The notes: a model not told the origin generated them from the letters alone. Shown: positions 47,726 through 57,799, counted from the stretch's first letter. The stretch: 64,000 nucleotides of DNA from an uncultured Methanosarcinales archaeon (GCA_964445485.1 CAYUPS010000002.1:38055-102054); one strand, 5' to 3'. Made by a program: numbers and translations.

Positions 47726-48409
47726 ATGCAGAAGCTCTTTATCGTCATCGCGGCATATAACGAAGGCAACGGGATCACGAAGGTGGTCAAATCCCTGCAC
47801 GCCGCCAAATACAAGAATGTGGTCGTTGTCGATGATGGCAGCGCAGATGACACGGGAGCGCAGGCGGCCAAGGCCGGCGCGACAGTCCTGACGCACAATG
47901 TCAACCGCGGCCAGGGCGCCGCCCTCAAGACCGGCATCGATTACGCGCTGGGCAGAGGCGCGGACATCATCGTGACGTTTGACGCGGACGGGCAGCACCG
48001 CATCGAGGACCTCCCCGCCATGATCGCGCCGGTCGCATCCGGCCAGGTCGATATCACCATCGGATCCCGCTTCATCGGCGATGGCGCAAAGCACGTGCCG
48101 CTCTCGCGCAGGATACTCCTCAAAGGCTCTGTGCTGATCGTGTGGCTCTTCTACGGCGTGCGCATGACTGACGCCCACAACGGCTTCCGCGCCATGTCCC
48201 GCAAGGCTGCGCAGGCGATACAGATCACGTGCGACCGCATGGCGCACGCCTCCGAGATCATCGAAGAGATCCACACCAGGCACCTGCGCTACAAGGAAGT
48301 GCCAGTCATCATCCTCTACACTGACGAGACGATGCGCAAGGGCCACGGCGGCATCGGACAGGCGCTGAAAGTGCTGTGGAACATGGTCAGCAAGAAAATC
48401 ATGAGGTGA
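47726..48409 (+). CDS. GT2 glycosyltransferase (paralog of 42348..43022)
   Basis: VIAAYNE, VVVDDGSADDT, DADGQHRIED. Confidence 0.7.
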   Translation: MQKLFIVIAAYNEGNGITKVVKSLHAAKYKNVVVVDDGSADDTGAQAAKAGATVLTHNVNRGQGAALKTGIDYALGRGADIIVTFDADGQHRIEDLPAMIAPVASGQVDITIGSRFIGDGAKHVPLSRRILLKGSVLIVWLFYGVRMTDAHNGFRAMSRKAAQAIQITCDRMAHASEIIEEIHTRHLRYKEVPVIILYTDETMRKGHGGIGQALKVLWNMVSKKIMR

Positions 48410-48414
48410 CGACA

Positions 48415-48753
48415 ATGATGACAATCATCCAATGGGCAGTCATTATCTTCGCGAGCTTTGCATGGAGCAGGGTGCTCCTGCGATTCAAGGACAAGAGGCT
48501 CACCCCCGGCGAGCTCCTTTTCTGGAGCGGCATCTGGGGCGCGGCAATCGTCATAGCGGTCCTGCCGGGAATCGCTGCGTTCATCTCCGAATGGGTGGGC
48601 ATCAGGCGCCCGATCGATGTCGCCGTGTACGCAGGCATCATCCTGCTCTTCTACATGCTGTTTCGGCTCTATGTGCGCGTCGAACAGATTGACCGCAACG
48701 TGACGAAGCTCGTGCGCAGCATCGCAATCAGCACTCCACGCAAGCCGCAATAG
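48415..48753 (+). CDS. DUF2304-like small membrane protein (paralog of 43016..43369)
   Basis: ATG 48415 six nt after the GT2 stop; three TM helices. Confidence 0.45.
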   Translation: MMTIIQWAVIIFASFAWSRVLLRFKDKRLTPGELLFWSGIWGAAIVIAVLPGIAAFISEWVGIRRPIDVAVYAGIILLFYMLFRLYVRVEQIDRNVTKLVRSIAISTPRKPQ

Positions 48754-48757
48754 AACG

Positions 48758-49879
48758 ATGAACATCCCCCTGTACCGGATCATCGACCGCGTTGTCGGCG
48801 CGCCGCTCTGCCTCCTCCTCGGGACGCTGAGCAAAATCCGCCCGGCACCGACAAGAAAACCCCGCGCAATCCTGGTCATCAAGCTGTGGGCGCTCGGCGA
48901 CAGCATCATCTCGCTCCCGATGATACGCGCGCTCAGGCAGGAGTATCCTGATGCGAGGATAGACGTGCTCTGCCGGGACAGGAACAAAGCAGTCTACCAA
49001 GGCATCAAGGATATAGACGCAGTCAGGCTCTTCGAGATGCGCAATGTGACTGATCTCGCGCGCATGCTCAGGCAGTATGATGCCGCGATCGACACGGAGC
49101 CGTACCTGAACCTCAGCGCGCTCATCAGCGGGTGGGCCGCTCCTCGCAGGGCGGGCTTCAGGCACGGCATGCGACGCATTCTCTACACTGACAAGGTTCC
49201 GTTCCTGCGCGTGCGTCACATGGTCCTCAACTACCTGGCGCTCGCCAAGACGCTCGGCGCGACAAAAGAGTTCACCAAACTCATCCCTCTCCCTATCCGC
49301 AAAGAAGATGTTCAAGCGGTCGATACATTCATGCGAGAGAGCGGCATCGGCCCAAAGGAAACCATCATCGTGATGCATCCGTGCGCTGCCGAGAGCGCGC
49401 GCAGCAGGATGTGGCCAAAGGAGCGTTACGCCACTGTCGCGGACAGGCTCATCGAGAAATACCGTGCGAAAATAGTCCTCACCGGCGTGCGCAATGAGGC
49501 AGCATACAATGAGAGCGTCATCGCGCTCATGAAGCATAAGGCTGTGAATGCCGCGGGAAAGCTGTCGCTTGGCGGAGCCGCAGAGCTCCTCAACCGCGCA
49601 GACCTTGCCATCGCGAACGACACAGGCACGATGCATCTCGCCGCAGCGCAAGGCACAAGGACCATCGGCCTCTTCGGACCCAACGTCCCCTCGCTCTGGG
49701 CGCCCTACGGCCCCGGCAACATCGCGCTCTACCACAAGGTCTGGTGCAGCCCGTGCATCATCAACGAGAAAGGCAGGGCGCCAGACTGCATACGCACGAC
49801 GGATCGATACGAATGCATGAGACTCATCAGCGTCGAAGAAGTGATGGAGGCGGCAGGGAAATGTCTACGCACGAGATGA
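48758..49879 (+). CDS. GT9 family glycosyltransferase (ADP-heptose-dependent heptosyltransferase, RfaF/WaaC-like)
   Basis: [18 protein letters not shown]-terminal motif and C-terminal [10 protein letters not shown]...GLFGP typical of GT9. Confidence 0.65.
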   Translation: MNIPLYRIIDRVVGAPLCLLLGTLSKIRPAPTRKPRAILVIKLWALGDSIISLPMIRALRQEYPDARIDVLCRDRNKAVYQGIKDIDAVRLFEMRNVTDLARMLRQYDAAIDTEPYLNLSALISGWAAPRRAGFRHGMRRILYTDKVPFLRVRHMVLNYLALAKTLGATKEFTKLIPLPIRKEDVQAVDTFMRESGIGPKETIIVMHPCAAESARSRMWPKERYATVADRLIEKYRAKIVLTGVRNEAAYNESVIALMKHKAVNAAGKLSLGGAAELLNRADLAIANDTGTMHLAAAQGTRTIGLFGPNVPSLWAPYGPGNIALYHKVWCSPCIINEKGRAPDCIRTTDRYECMRLISVEEVMEAAGKCLRTR

Positions 49880-50436
49880 TCGGACAGCAGATACGGGATT
49901 CCATCGCGGTCAAGAACGCAGTGCTCGAGACGCTCATCCCCGCCATAGAACTGACGGGAAATCTCCTCGTGCAGGCGCTCAAGAGCGGCAAGAAGGTGCT
50001 CGTGTGCGGCAACGGCGGATCGGCAGCTGATGCGCAGCACATCGCCGCAGAGCTCACCGGCAGGTTCGAGACAGAACGGCACCCGCTCCCCGGTATTGCG
50101 CTGAGTGTCGACACCTCCGCGCTGACCGCCATCGGAAACGATTACGGCTTCGAGAACGTGTTCGAGCGGCAGGTGCGCGCGCTCGGCAACGAAGGCGATG
50201 TGCTTATCGCCATCTCCACCAGCGGCAACTCTCCCAACTGCATCAAAGCGATCGAGGCCGCGCATGCCAAACGCATGGGCATCATCTGCCTGACGGGCAG
50301 AGACGGCGGCCGCATGGCGAAAATGGCCGGCGTGAGCGCAGCCATCGTGCCGTCAGCCACAACGAGCAGGATACAGGAATCCCATCTTCTCATCTATCAT
50401 ATCTGGTGCAAGATGATTGACGAGGCCTATCGATGA
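49861..50436 (+). CDS. gmhA: Sedoheptulose-7-phosphate isomerase (phosphoheptose isomerase)
   Basis: SIS domain [20 protein letters not shown]...ISTSGNS. The ATG lies inside the last codons of the GT9 gene. Confidence 0.75.
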   Translation: MSTHEMIGQQIRDSIAVKNAVLETLIPAIELTGNLLVQALKSGKKVLVCGNGGSAADAQHIAAELTGRFETERHPLPGIALSVDTSALTAIGNDYGFENVFERQVRALGNEGDVLIAISTSGNSPNCIKAIEAAHAKRMGIICLTGRDGGRMAKMAGVSAAIVPSATTSRIQESHLLIYHIWCKMIDEAYR

Positions 50437-51869
50437 GCGAATTCAACGCGGACGCCATCATCGGCCGCTTCGAAGGCAGACGGGTCATCGTCATCGGCGA
50501 TTTGATGCTCGACCGCTACCTCTGGGGCGAAGTGACACGCATCTCCCCCGAGGCGCCCGTGCCCGTCGTCCATGTCAAGAGGGAGACCGCCGCGCCAGGC
50601 GGTGCCGCGAACGCAGCGTGCAATGTGGCCGCGCTGGGCGCGCACTGCACCGCCATAGGCATCATCGGCACCGACAACGCAGGAGACCTCCTCCTCTCCT
50701 CAATGAAGGAGAAAGGCGTCGATATCAGCAAAATCATACGTCTTGAGAGCGTGCGCACAATCGAGAAGACGCGGGTCATGGGCGGAGCGCAACAGCTCAC
50801 CCGCGTCGATTTCGAGGAGCCTCTCAAGGGAAGCGAGCATAACGCGGCGATCTTGGATGCGCTGCGCAAGGCATATCCCGCGGACGCCATCATCCTCTCA
50901 GACTACACCAAAGGCCTCCTGAACCCGCAGCTGGTGAGCAGCATCCTCGCCCTCGGCATCCGCACCATCGTCGATCCCAAGCCAGCGAGCATCGGGCTCT
51001 ACAAAGGAGCGTTCCTCGTCAAGCCCAACGCTGACGAAGCGGAGAAGGCCACAGGCATCTCATGCAAAGACGATGCGGGCGTGGAGAAAGCGGGAGCAGC
51101 GCTTCGCGACACGCTCAACGCAAACATCCTGCTCAGCAGGGGGAAAGACGGAATGAGCGTGTTCTCCACCGACGGGACTGTGCAGCACGCGCCCACGCTC
51201 GCCAAAGAGGTCTTCGACGTGACCGGCGCCGGCGATACTGTCGTCGCGACGGCAGCGGTGGCCCTCTCGGCAGGAGCCTCGCTCTACGAAGCCGCAGTGC
51301 TCGCGAACGCCGCCGGAGGGCTCAAGGTCGCCAAGGTAGGCACGGCGACGGTGAGCGCTGCCGAGCTCAACGATTCCGTCTCAAAAGGCCACTCGAAGGT
51401 CAAGAGCTGGCAGGACCTGAAGGAGGTCTGCGACGGCCTGCGCCGCAGGGGCAAGCGCGTCGTGTTCACCAACGGCTGCTTCGACATCCTCCATCCAGGC
51501 CACACACGCTACCTGCAGAAGGCCCGCGCGCTGGGCGACGCGCTCATCCTCGGCCTCAACAGCGACGCGTCCGTGCAACGCCTCAAAGGCCCGACACGAC
51601 CTGTCGTGAAAGAGCAGGACCGCGCGGAAGTCCTCGCGTCGCTCGCGTGCGTCGACTATGTCACCATCTTCGACCAGGACACGCCGGTCGAGCTGCTCAA
51701 GACGATCAAGCCGCAGGTATTCGCCAAAGGCGCGGACTGGCAGGGCAAGGACATTCCCGAACTGCCGGTGATCCGCGAATGGGGGGGCGAAGCCCAGTTC
51801 ATACCGCTCGTGGAAGGGAGATCCACGACGACCATCGTCCAGAAGATAAAGGCGGCAGAGAAACGATAA
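50433..51869 (+). CDS. hldE: Bifunctional D-glycero-beta-D-manno-heptose-7-phosphate kinase / heptose-1-phosphate adenylyltransferase
   Basis: N-terminal ribokinase-like domain (GGAANAA, DVTGAGD). C-terminal cytidylyltransferase-like domain ([16 protein letters not shown]). ATGA overlap with gmhA. Confidence 0.8.
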   Translation: MSEFNADAIIGRFEGRRVIVIGDLMLDRYLWGEVTRISPEAPVPVVHVKRETAAPGGAANAACNVAALGAHCTAIGIIGTDNAGDLLLSSMKEKGVDISKIIRLESVRTIEKTRVMGGAQQLTRVDFEEPLKGSEHNAAILDALRKAYPADAIILSDYTKGLLNPQLVSSILALGIRTIVDPKPASIGLYKGAFLVKPNADEAEKATGISCKDDAGVEKAGAALRDTLNANILLSRGKDGMSVFSTDGTVQHAPTLAKEVFDVTGAGDTVVATAAVALSAGASLYEAAVLANAAGGLKVAKVGTATVSAAELNDSVSKGHSKVKSWQDLKEVCDGLRRRGKRVVFTNGCFDILHPGHTRYLQKARALGDALILGLNSDASVQRLKGPTRPVVKEQDRAEVLASLACVDYVTIFDQDTPVELLKTIKPQVFAKGADWQGKDIPELPVIREWGGEAQFIPLVEGRSTTTIVQKIKAAEKR

Positions 51870-52889
51870 TCAGATCAGCTTCTCTTTCCACGTGCGTGGC
51901 ACGTCGGCAGTCTCGAGCTCGAGCGAGTCCATGTACTTGGGCTGCATGGGTCCGCGGGCTTTCGCCCATTCCCACATGCGGCGGACGCCTTCCTTAAACG
52001 AGATATTGTCTTCATATCCGAGGAGCTTGCGGGCCTTGTCGTTGGTCGACCATGCGTACTTGACCTCTTGGGGGCGGGCGGGAAGATAGTGCGGGGTGAG
52101 GTGGTGCGCGCCGCTGACTTCCAGCACCGCCTTGGCGAGCTCGTTGATGGTGTACTCCTGTGTCGGACCGATGTTGATGCACTCCCCGTCGCAGGCGGTG
52201 TCGAAACCCGCGCGGGCGATAGAGGGAGTCTGGTCATCGATGTAGCTGAACGAACGCTTCTGCTCGCCATCGCCGTAGATGTAGAACTGCTTGTCGCGGA
52301 GCACGCAATTCATGAAGATGCCGACCACATTGCGGTACGGGTCGGCGAGATTCTGCTTCGGACCGTACACATTATGCGGGCGCAGGATGGTGTAGCGGAA
52401 GCCGTGGACTTTGCTGAGGATCTGCGTGGCCTTCTCCATCGCGGCTTTGGCGATCGCATAGATGTCCTCTGGCTGCGGCTCCATGCCTTCGTGGAACGGC
52501 GGCTCCTGCGCGCCGTAGATCGACATGCTGGACGCCATGACCATCTTCTCGAAGCCGACCTTGATCGCGGGGATGAGAAGGTTGAGGTAGGAGGTGTAGT
52601 TGCGGCTCGTGCATTCGATCGGCGTGAACTGCGAGCGGCCCTCGGTGGCATCAGCGGCCATGTGGTAGATGATGTCCGGCCTGACCTGCTTGATCATTCG
52701 CTCCGTGCCTTCACGGTCACGCAAATCAAGCTGGATGAAGTGTGCGCCGTGCGGAATGTTCTCGATGTAACCGCCGCTGAGGTCGTCGAGCGCGAAGACC
52801 TGATGGCCTTCCTTGAGAAGGTGCTCAACGAGGTGGGAGCCGATGAAGCCAGCGCCTCCCGTGACGAGTATCTTGCGTGGATGGGCCAC
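51870..52889 (-). CDS. NAD-dependent sugar-nucleotide epimerase/dehydratase (candidate heptose or hexose epimerase)
   Basis: GTG start, VTGGAGFIGSHL, YAIAKAAMEKA. Convergent with hldE with zero spacing. Confidence 0.6.
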   Translation of the reverse strand: MAHPRKILVTGGAGFIGSHLVEHLLKEGHQVFALDDLSGGYIENIPHGAHFIQLDLRDREGTERMIKQVRPDIIYHMAADATEGRSQFTPIECTSRNYTSYLNLLIPAIKVGFEKMVMASSMSIYGAQEPPFHEGMEPQPEDIYAIAKAAMEKATQILSKVHGFRYTILRPHNVYGPKQNLADPYRNVVGIFMNCVLRDKQFYIYGDGEQKRSFSYIDDQTPSIARAGFDTACDGECINIGPTQEYTINELAKAVLEVSGAHHLTPHYLPARPQEVKYAWSTNDKARKLLGYEDNISFKEGVRRMWEWAKARGPMQPKYMDSLELETADVPRTWKEKLI

Positions 52890-52940
52890 TGTGTATCGTC
52901 CGCTGGTGTCTTATGACGATTTATAAAGATAACGGCGGGC

Positions 52941-53909
52941 TCAGTATTTGTACTCGACTCTACGCCGTCGGAGGATTGACCAGAGGGCCATGAGTGCCTG
53001 CTTGAGCGCGCCCCAGGTGAAGCCCGCGAATGCGGCGATATGAAAGAGCGGAAGCGCAATGATGAACGCTGCGTCTGGCTCGCTGATGAGCCTGCGCGCG
53101 GTGAGGGTGACAATAAGCCCGATAATGAGCGCGGGAAGCGCTGCGATGGCGACGCATTGCCATGGCAAGAATTGGGCCGCGGCGTATGCACAGGCGCCGA
53201 CAAGTATCACAGCGACGGCGGCGATTGGCCAGAACCGTTTGAAATAGCGGAAGATGGCGGAAGGATTGACAATGAATGAGCCGCCGATCCAGCGGTTCTG
53301 CCTGAAGACCTCCCCGAGGCAGGTGGGGTTGTTGTGATAGCAGATCGCGCCATCGACGCCGATCGATTCAATGCCTCCCTTCTGGCCCACGCTCTGATCG
53401 TCGAATGATCCTTTGGCGGGGTCGAACCCGCCGATGCGCAGGAATTCCTTGCGCAGGATGGCGCGGAAGATGGTCATCTTCTTCGGAGCGGTCTTGGGGT
53501 CGACACGGGTGGTGCCCCAGCAGCGTGCCCAGACATTGTCTGTGTTGGCGACTCGCTCTTCGCGGTGGAACGTGCCGACCGCGTCGCCATCGATGATGGG
53601 TTTGATGAGGCGTGCGATGTAGTGCTGATCGAACTCCATGTCCGCATCGACAAGCACCAGAATGTCCCCCTTGGCATGCTGGGCTCCCAGGTTGCGCGCA
53701 CGGCCAGGACCGCCGCGCTGCTGGCGCAGGAGCTTGATACGCCGGTACCTCTTCGCCATCTCCTGCACGATGTCACGGGTGCTGTCGGAGCTGCCGTCGT
53801 CGACGATAATGACGTCGAGGTCCTTGTAGGTCTGGCCCATGAGCGTCTCGAGGCAGCGCCCGATGTAGAGCTCCTCATTGTACGCAGGGATGACGACTGT
53901 TACCTTCAT
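52941..53909 (-). CDS. GT2 glycosyltransferase with C-terminal TM helices
   Basis: VVIPAYNEE, IIVDDGSSDST, DADMEF. TATA 26 nt upstream on the minus strand. Confidence 0.65.
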   Translation of the reverse strand: MKVTVVIPAYNEELYIGRCLETLMGQTYKDLDVIIVDDGSSDSTRDIVQEMAKRYRRIKLLRQQRGGPGRARNLGAQHAKGDILVLVDADMEFDQHYIARLIKPIIDGDAVGTFHREERVANTDNVWARCWGTTRVDPKTAPKKMTIFRAILRKEFLRIGGFDPAKGSFDDQSVGQKGGIESIGVDGAICYHNNPTCLGEVFRQNRWIGGSFIVNPSAIFRYFKRFWPIAAVAVILVGACAYAAAQFLPWQCVAIAALPALIIGLIVTLTARRLISEPDAAFIIALPLFHIAAFAGFTWGALKQALMALWSILRRRRVEYKY

Positions 53910-53988
53910 GGCGGGGTCGGCGACCGACGGTCCGCATATAAAGCTTGCGCGCGCTAGCTTAATAAAAGGAGAGGAAGGACTGGTGCTG

Positions 53989-54837
53989 ATGCTCCGGGAT
54001 TACCTGAATCTGCTGCGGGTGCGGCAGTGGTACAAGAACCTCCTCGTCTTCCTCGCGCTGATCTACAGCGGCAGCCTGCTGCTTCCGGGCAAGGCAGCTC
54101 TCGCGATCTTGGCGTTCGCGGCGCTCTGCTGCGCATCGTCTGCGGCGTACATCCTCAATGACCTTGCTGACGCGAAGAAGGATAGGCTGCATCCGGAGAA
54201 ACGGCTGCGCCCCATCGCTGCAGGGAAGATCCGAGCGGCCCCCGCCATCATGCTATGCGTCTTGCTGCTCATCGCTGCAGCGGGCATCGGCGCAGCTGTG
54301 GCTCCCGGCGTCGCTTTCGCGGCAGGCACGCTCTTCTCGCTCACGCTCGCGTACACGCTCATCATCAGGGACATACCCTATGCGGAGCTCGCATTCCTGT
54401 CGACGAATTATGTAGTGCGCGCGATCGCGGGCGCTGTTGCGATCAGCGTCGCGGTGTCTCCATGGCTGATTGTCGGCATCTTCGCTCTCGCGCTCTTCCT
54501 GGCCTCCGCCAAGCGCAGGGGCGATATGGCGTTGCTCGGAACCGCATCGCGCGAGCATAAAGCTGTTCTCGGCAGGTATTCGAAGAAATCGATCGGCATG
54601 TTCGCCACGCTGAGCACGGCGGCGTTCGTCACGTCATATCTCCTGTTCTCAGTGTTGGGCGGGCATGAGGGTCTGTGGATGACGGCCCCGCTGGTCGTCT
54701 ATGCGGCGTTCAGATATGAGCTGCTCGCGAGGTCGGGCTCGGCCATCGCAAGGAGCCCGGAGAGCGCATTCAGCGACTGGCGGTTCATCCTGACGGGCGC
54801 GCTGTGGCTCGCGCTGACCCTCCTCATCCTGTACTGA
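53989..54837 (+). CDS. UbiA-family prenyltransferase (decaprenyl-phosphate phosphoribosyltransferase-like)
   Basis: NDLADAKKD (NDxxDxxxD) motif, about 8 TM helices. Start ATG 53989 with AGGAGAGGAAGG upstream. Confidence 0.6.
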   Translation: MLRDYLNLLRVRQWYKNLLVFLALIYSGSLLLPGKAALAILAFAALCCASSAAYILNDLADAKKDRLHPEKRLRPIAAGKIRAAPAIMLCVLLLIAAAGIGAAVAPGVAFAAGTLFSLTLAYTLIIRDIPYAELAFLSTNYVVRAIAGAVAISVAVSPWLIVGIFALALFLASAKRRGDMALLGTASREHKAVLGRYSKKSIGMFATLSTAAFVTSYLLFSVLGGHEGLWMTAPLVVYAAFRYELLARSGSAIARSPESAFSDWRFILTGALWLALTLLILY

Positions 54838-56127
54838 TCAGCGGCCGATGCTCGCGTACGTGAAGCCCATGCCGCGCATGATGTCAGGGTCATAGACGTT
54901 CCTGCCATCGAGGACTATGGGTGGTGCCCTGAGCAGGCTCTTGACGCGACCCATATCCAGATTGCAGAACTCCGGCCATTCCGTGAGGAGCAGCATGGCA
55001 TCCGCGCCCGCCAGAGCGGCCCACGCGTCCTTGCAGTACACCACCGATGGCAAGACCTGCTTGGCATTGTCCATCGCCTTCGGGTCATACGCACGCACTG
55101 TCGCACCGTTGTGCTGCAATGAGCGGATGATATCAATAGAAGGCGCGAGGCGCATGTCATCAGTATTCGGCTTGAATGCGAGACCCAACGCGGCGATTGT
55201 CTTGCCGGCGAGACCACCCATTGTGCTCACCGTCTTATTGACAAAATGCTGGCGTTGGTGCGCATTGATGCGCTCCACGCTCTCGAACAGCGATGGATCG
55301 GCGCCGACAGATTTGTAGAGGCCGATGAGGGCGCTCAAGTCCTTCGGGAAGCAGAAACCGCCGAAGCCGATGCCTGCTTGCAAGAAGTCTTCGCCGATAC
55401 GCTTATCGAGACCGACACCTTTCATGACTTGGCTGACATCGGCGCCGACACGCTCGCACACCTGTGAGATGCTGTTGGCATAGCTGATGCGCATCGAGAG
55501 CATGGCGTTCGCGGCGTGCTTGGTGAGCTCCGCAGCGGCGAGATTCATGAACAGCAAGGGAGCGTTGAGCTTGCCATAGAGCTCTGTGAGGACTGCGTTA
55601 GCACGCGCGCTCTCAGAACCGATCACGATGCGATCGGGCTTGAGGAAATCACGGATTGCTGAGCCTTCTCGCAGGAACTCTGGATTGACGGCGACGTCGA
55701 ATTTTGACTTGTCAGAAGCGTCTTCCATCAGTTTCCGCATGGCGCCAGCGGTTCCGGCAGGCACTGTGCTCTTCTCGACGATGACTGCGTAGTCGGTGAG
55801 CGACTGAGCGGCCTCGGTGCCGACGCGCAACAAGTCAGTGACGTCCGCCATGTTGTTCGGGAGGGTGGGTGTGCCGACGCAGAGGAAAATCGCCTTGGAA
55901 TCCTTGACGCCTTCCTTGATTGACGTCGTGAAATGCAAGCGGCCTTCACCCGTGTTAGAGCGCACAAGGTCCGCGAGACCGGGTTCATAGAAGTGGACTT
56001 CGCCACGGAGGAGCGTTTTGACCTTCTCTTCGTTGTTATCGATGCATGTGACTTCATTGCCGAGCTTCGCGAAGCACGCGCCTGTCGTCAGTCCCACATA
56101 GCCAGAGCCGATGATGCTGATCTTCAT
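54838..56127 (-). CDS. ugd: UDP-glucose 6-dehydrogenase (nucleotide-sugar dehydrogenase family)
   Basis: MKISIIGSGYVGL Rossmann motif, catalytic Cys region GFGGFCFPKD. The track start 56220 would overlap the 5S rRNA gene; ATG 56127 with a GGGGGG RBS is preferred. Confidence 0.8.
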   Translation of the reverse strand: MKISIIGSGYVGLTTGACFAKLGNEVTCIDNNEEKVKTLLRGEVHFYEPGLADLVRSNTGEGRLHFTTSIKEGVKDSKAIFLCVGTPTLPNNMADVTDLLRVGTEAAQSLTDYAVIVEKSTVPAGTAGAMRKLMEDASDKSKFDVAVNPEFLREGSAIRDFLKPDRIVIGSESARANAVLTELYGKLNAPLLFMNLAAAELTKHAANAMLSMRISYANSISQVCERVGADVSQVMKGVGLDKRIGEDFLQAGIGFGGFCFPKDLSALIGLYKSVGADPSLFESVERINAHQRQHFVNKTVSTMGGLAGKTIAALGLAFKPNTDDMRLAPSIDIIRSLQHNGATVRAYDPKAMDNAKQVLPSVVYCKDAWAALAGADAMLLLTEWPEFCNLDMGRVKSLLRAPPIVLDGRNVYDPDIMRGMGFTYASIGR

Positions 56128-56164
56128 GTCAATCCCCCCTGTTGCGCACGCAACTAGGTAACCT

Positions 56165-56172
56165 TTATAAAA
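56165..56172 (+). promoter_or_regulatory. TATA box TTTATAAA upstream of the 5S rRNA
   Basis: About 24 nt upstream of the predicted 5S 5' end. Confidence 0.45.
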
Positions 56173-56191
56173 GATACGCATCTCACGTGCT

Positions 56192-56305
56192 ATAGGACGG
56201 TCATAGGGGCCGGGTCCCACCCAGACTCATCCGAACCTGGCAGTGAAACCGGCTTCCGTACTGATTTGTACTGCGTTCCGCGGGAACATCAGTAAGCCGT
56301 CCACC
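56192..56305 (+). rRNA. rrf: 5S ribosomal RNA (standalone gene)
   Basis: 5' AGGACGGTCATAGGGGCCGGGTCCCACCCAGACTCATCCGAACCTGGCAGTGAAACC matches conserved 5S helices. 3' end ...GCCGTCCACC pairs with the 5' end. Followed by TTTTCTTTTC. Confidence 0.7.
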
Positions 56306-56325
56306 TTTTCTTTTCTCAAACAGAA

Positions 56326-57438
56326 CTAGCCAACGGCATCTATCTCGATCTCCAGCGTGGCAGGATCATACGCACGCAAGCCCTTTTGCTTGAACATCTT
56401 GAGTATCTCCTCCTTGGAGAGGCCCTTCTTGCGCGCGGCCTTGATATCATCCATCAATGATTGCAGCTCCGCATGCTTCGCATAGCAGATCTCTCCTGCC
56501 TGCTGCAGGGACCCTGCTTTCTTCTCCAAGCCAGCGGCTGCCTCTTCCTGCTGCGCGACTGTCTTCTCCAGCTTCTGGCGTTTCTTGTCCGCAGCGGATG
56601 ATGGCGGGGGAAGCTTGGCTTCGTTCGCTGCGACGAGACGATCAATCGCTTCGCTGAATGTCGAGACGCGCTCCGCAGACATTTTTTCGAACGCACGCAG
56701 CGGCCACGGCGCGGCATCCACGACGGCGCCGCCATCCAAGACTATGACGGGAGAGGGTTTCTCCACGAGCAACGAGGTGAGCGCCTTGTGGAGCGCGAGC
56801 AGTTTCGCACGGGGAACGCGCGTGAGCTGCGGGTCGATGCCTGCCCGAGCGCATACTTCCGCGGCGTACGCACCGCCGACGCCGATGCGTGTCGCAAGAG
56901 ATCTTGATATCGGATCGGCTGACTCTTTCAGCGCTGTCTCGAACTCGGATGCGCCCATGGAGAACGAATCGGCGCCGGCCGGCGAGACATATGGGCTGCC
57001 GCGCTTGAGCTCGCGCCCGCCCACGTGCTGCTCCTCGAGGAGTCCCAGTATCTTACCTGCCGAATCGCAGAGCAGCACGTTGCCTTTGGCGAAGAACTCT
57101 GCGACCAGACTGAATTCTCCCTCTTTCCTGCCCAGGCGCAAAGAGACGGCACGCTCTGCGCCTTCTTGCGCGATCGCGAGGACCTTCGCGCCGCTCAGGG
57201 ACTTGCGCAGCAGCGCGCAAAACCCGGATGGCTTCTCGGGGGTTACTGGCTTCGCGAGAGGCATCCAGATGAAGCGGGGTCCGATGCGGATCCATTGCTT
57301 TCCCGCACCGCTCTTGCGCAGTTGCAGCAGGACCTCGCGCTCGCCCAGAGAGTAGACCTGATCGATGCGGGAGCCGATGGCGCCTTGCAATTCCGCGACG
57401 ATGACCCTGATTTCGATCGCGGAGAGTTCCTGTTTCAT
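56326..57438 (-). CDS. NFACT-family protein (RqcH/Rqc2/FbpA-like N-terminal domains), short form
   Basis: NFACT-N-like N-terminal beta domain, HhH-like region, coiled coil. 370 aa against more than 600 for the full-length family. Confidence 0.5.
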   Translation of the reverse strand: MKQELSAIEIRVIVAELQGAIGSRIDQVYSLGEREVLLQLRKSGAGKQWIRIGPRFIWMPLAKPVTPEKPSGFCALLRKSLSGAKVLAIAQEGAERAVSLRLGRKEGEFSLVAEFFAKGNVLLCDSAGKILGLLEEQHVGGRELKRGSPYVSPAGADSFSMGASEFETALKESADPISRSLATRIGVGGAYAAEVCARAGIDPQLTRVPRAKLLALHKALTSLLVEKPSPVIVLDGGAVVDAAPWPLRAFEKMSAERVSTFSEAIDRLVAANEAKLPPPSSAADKKRQKLEKTVAQQEEAAAGLEKKAGSLQQAGEICYAKHAELQSLMDDIKAARKKGLSKEEILKMFKQKGLRAYDPATLEIEIDAVG

Positions 57439-57442
57439 GGAT

Positions 57443-57799
57443 TCAGATGCCTGCGCGAGCGATACCGATGATGCTCACGCCCAGCAGGATGAAGATGATG
57501 CCTGTCCATTTCCAGCGGTTCATGCGCTCGCGCAGGAAGCGGACGGAGAGCAATGACACCCAGACGTAGCTGAGCGAGATGAGGGGGTAGAGCACTGACA
57601 GCTCGCCGCCTTTGAGCGCGGGGATGAAGAGCGCAGTCGCGAGGACATAGAGGGTGATGCCTGCAAGCAGCTGCCAGTTGCGGATGAGCCGGGCAGGATG
57701 GAAGGAGAATGCCGCCGCGCCGATCTTGAGGAGCAGCGCTCCGCACGCACCGAGCAGCGTTGCGGTGACCGTGAGCCCGATCGCCCAGAGCGCAGTCAT
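57443..57799 (-). CDS. EamA-like 4-TM half-transporter (DMT superfamily, SMR/ArnE-ArnF-like)
   Basis: Four TM helices, single EamA domain; ATGA-coupled to its partner. Confidence 0.5.
   Translation of the reverse strand: MTALWAIGLTVTATLLGACGALLLKIGAAAFSFHPARLIRNWQLLAGITLYVLATALFIPALKGGELSVLYPLISLSYVWVSLLSVRFLRERMNRWKWTGIIFILLGVSIIGIARAGI

Noticed and set aside
48728-49735. 335-aa minus-strand ORF opposite the GT9 gene
   Set aside because: Antisense. GT9 motifs are clear on the plus strand.
54838-56220. ORF-track N-terminal extension of ugd to 56220
   Set aside because: The extension would overlap the 5S rRNA gene and its promoter. ATG 56127 with a G-rich RBS gives the canonical MKISIIGSGYVGL N-terminus.
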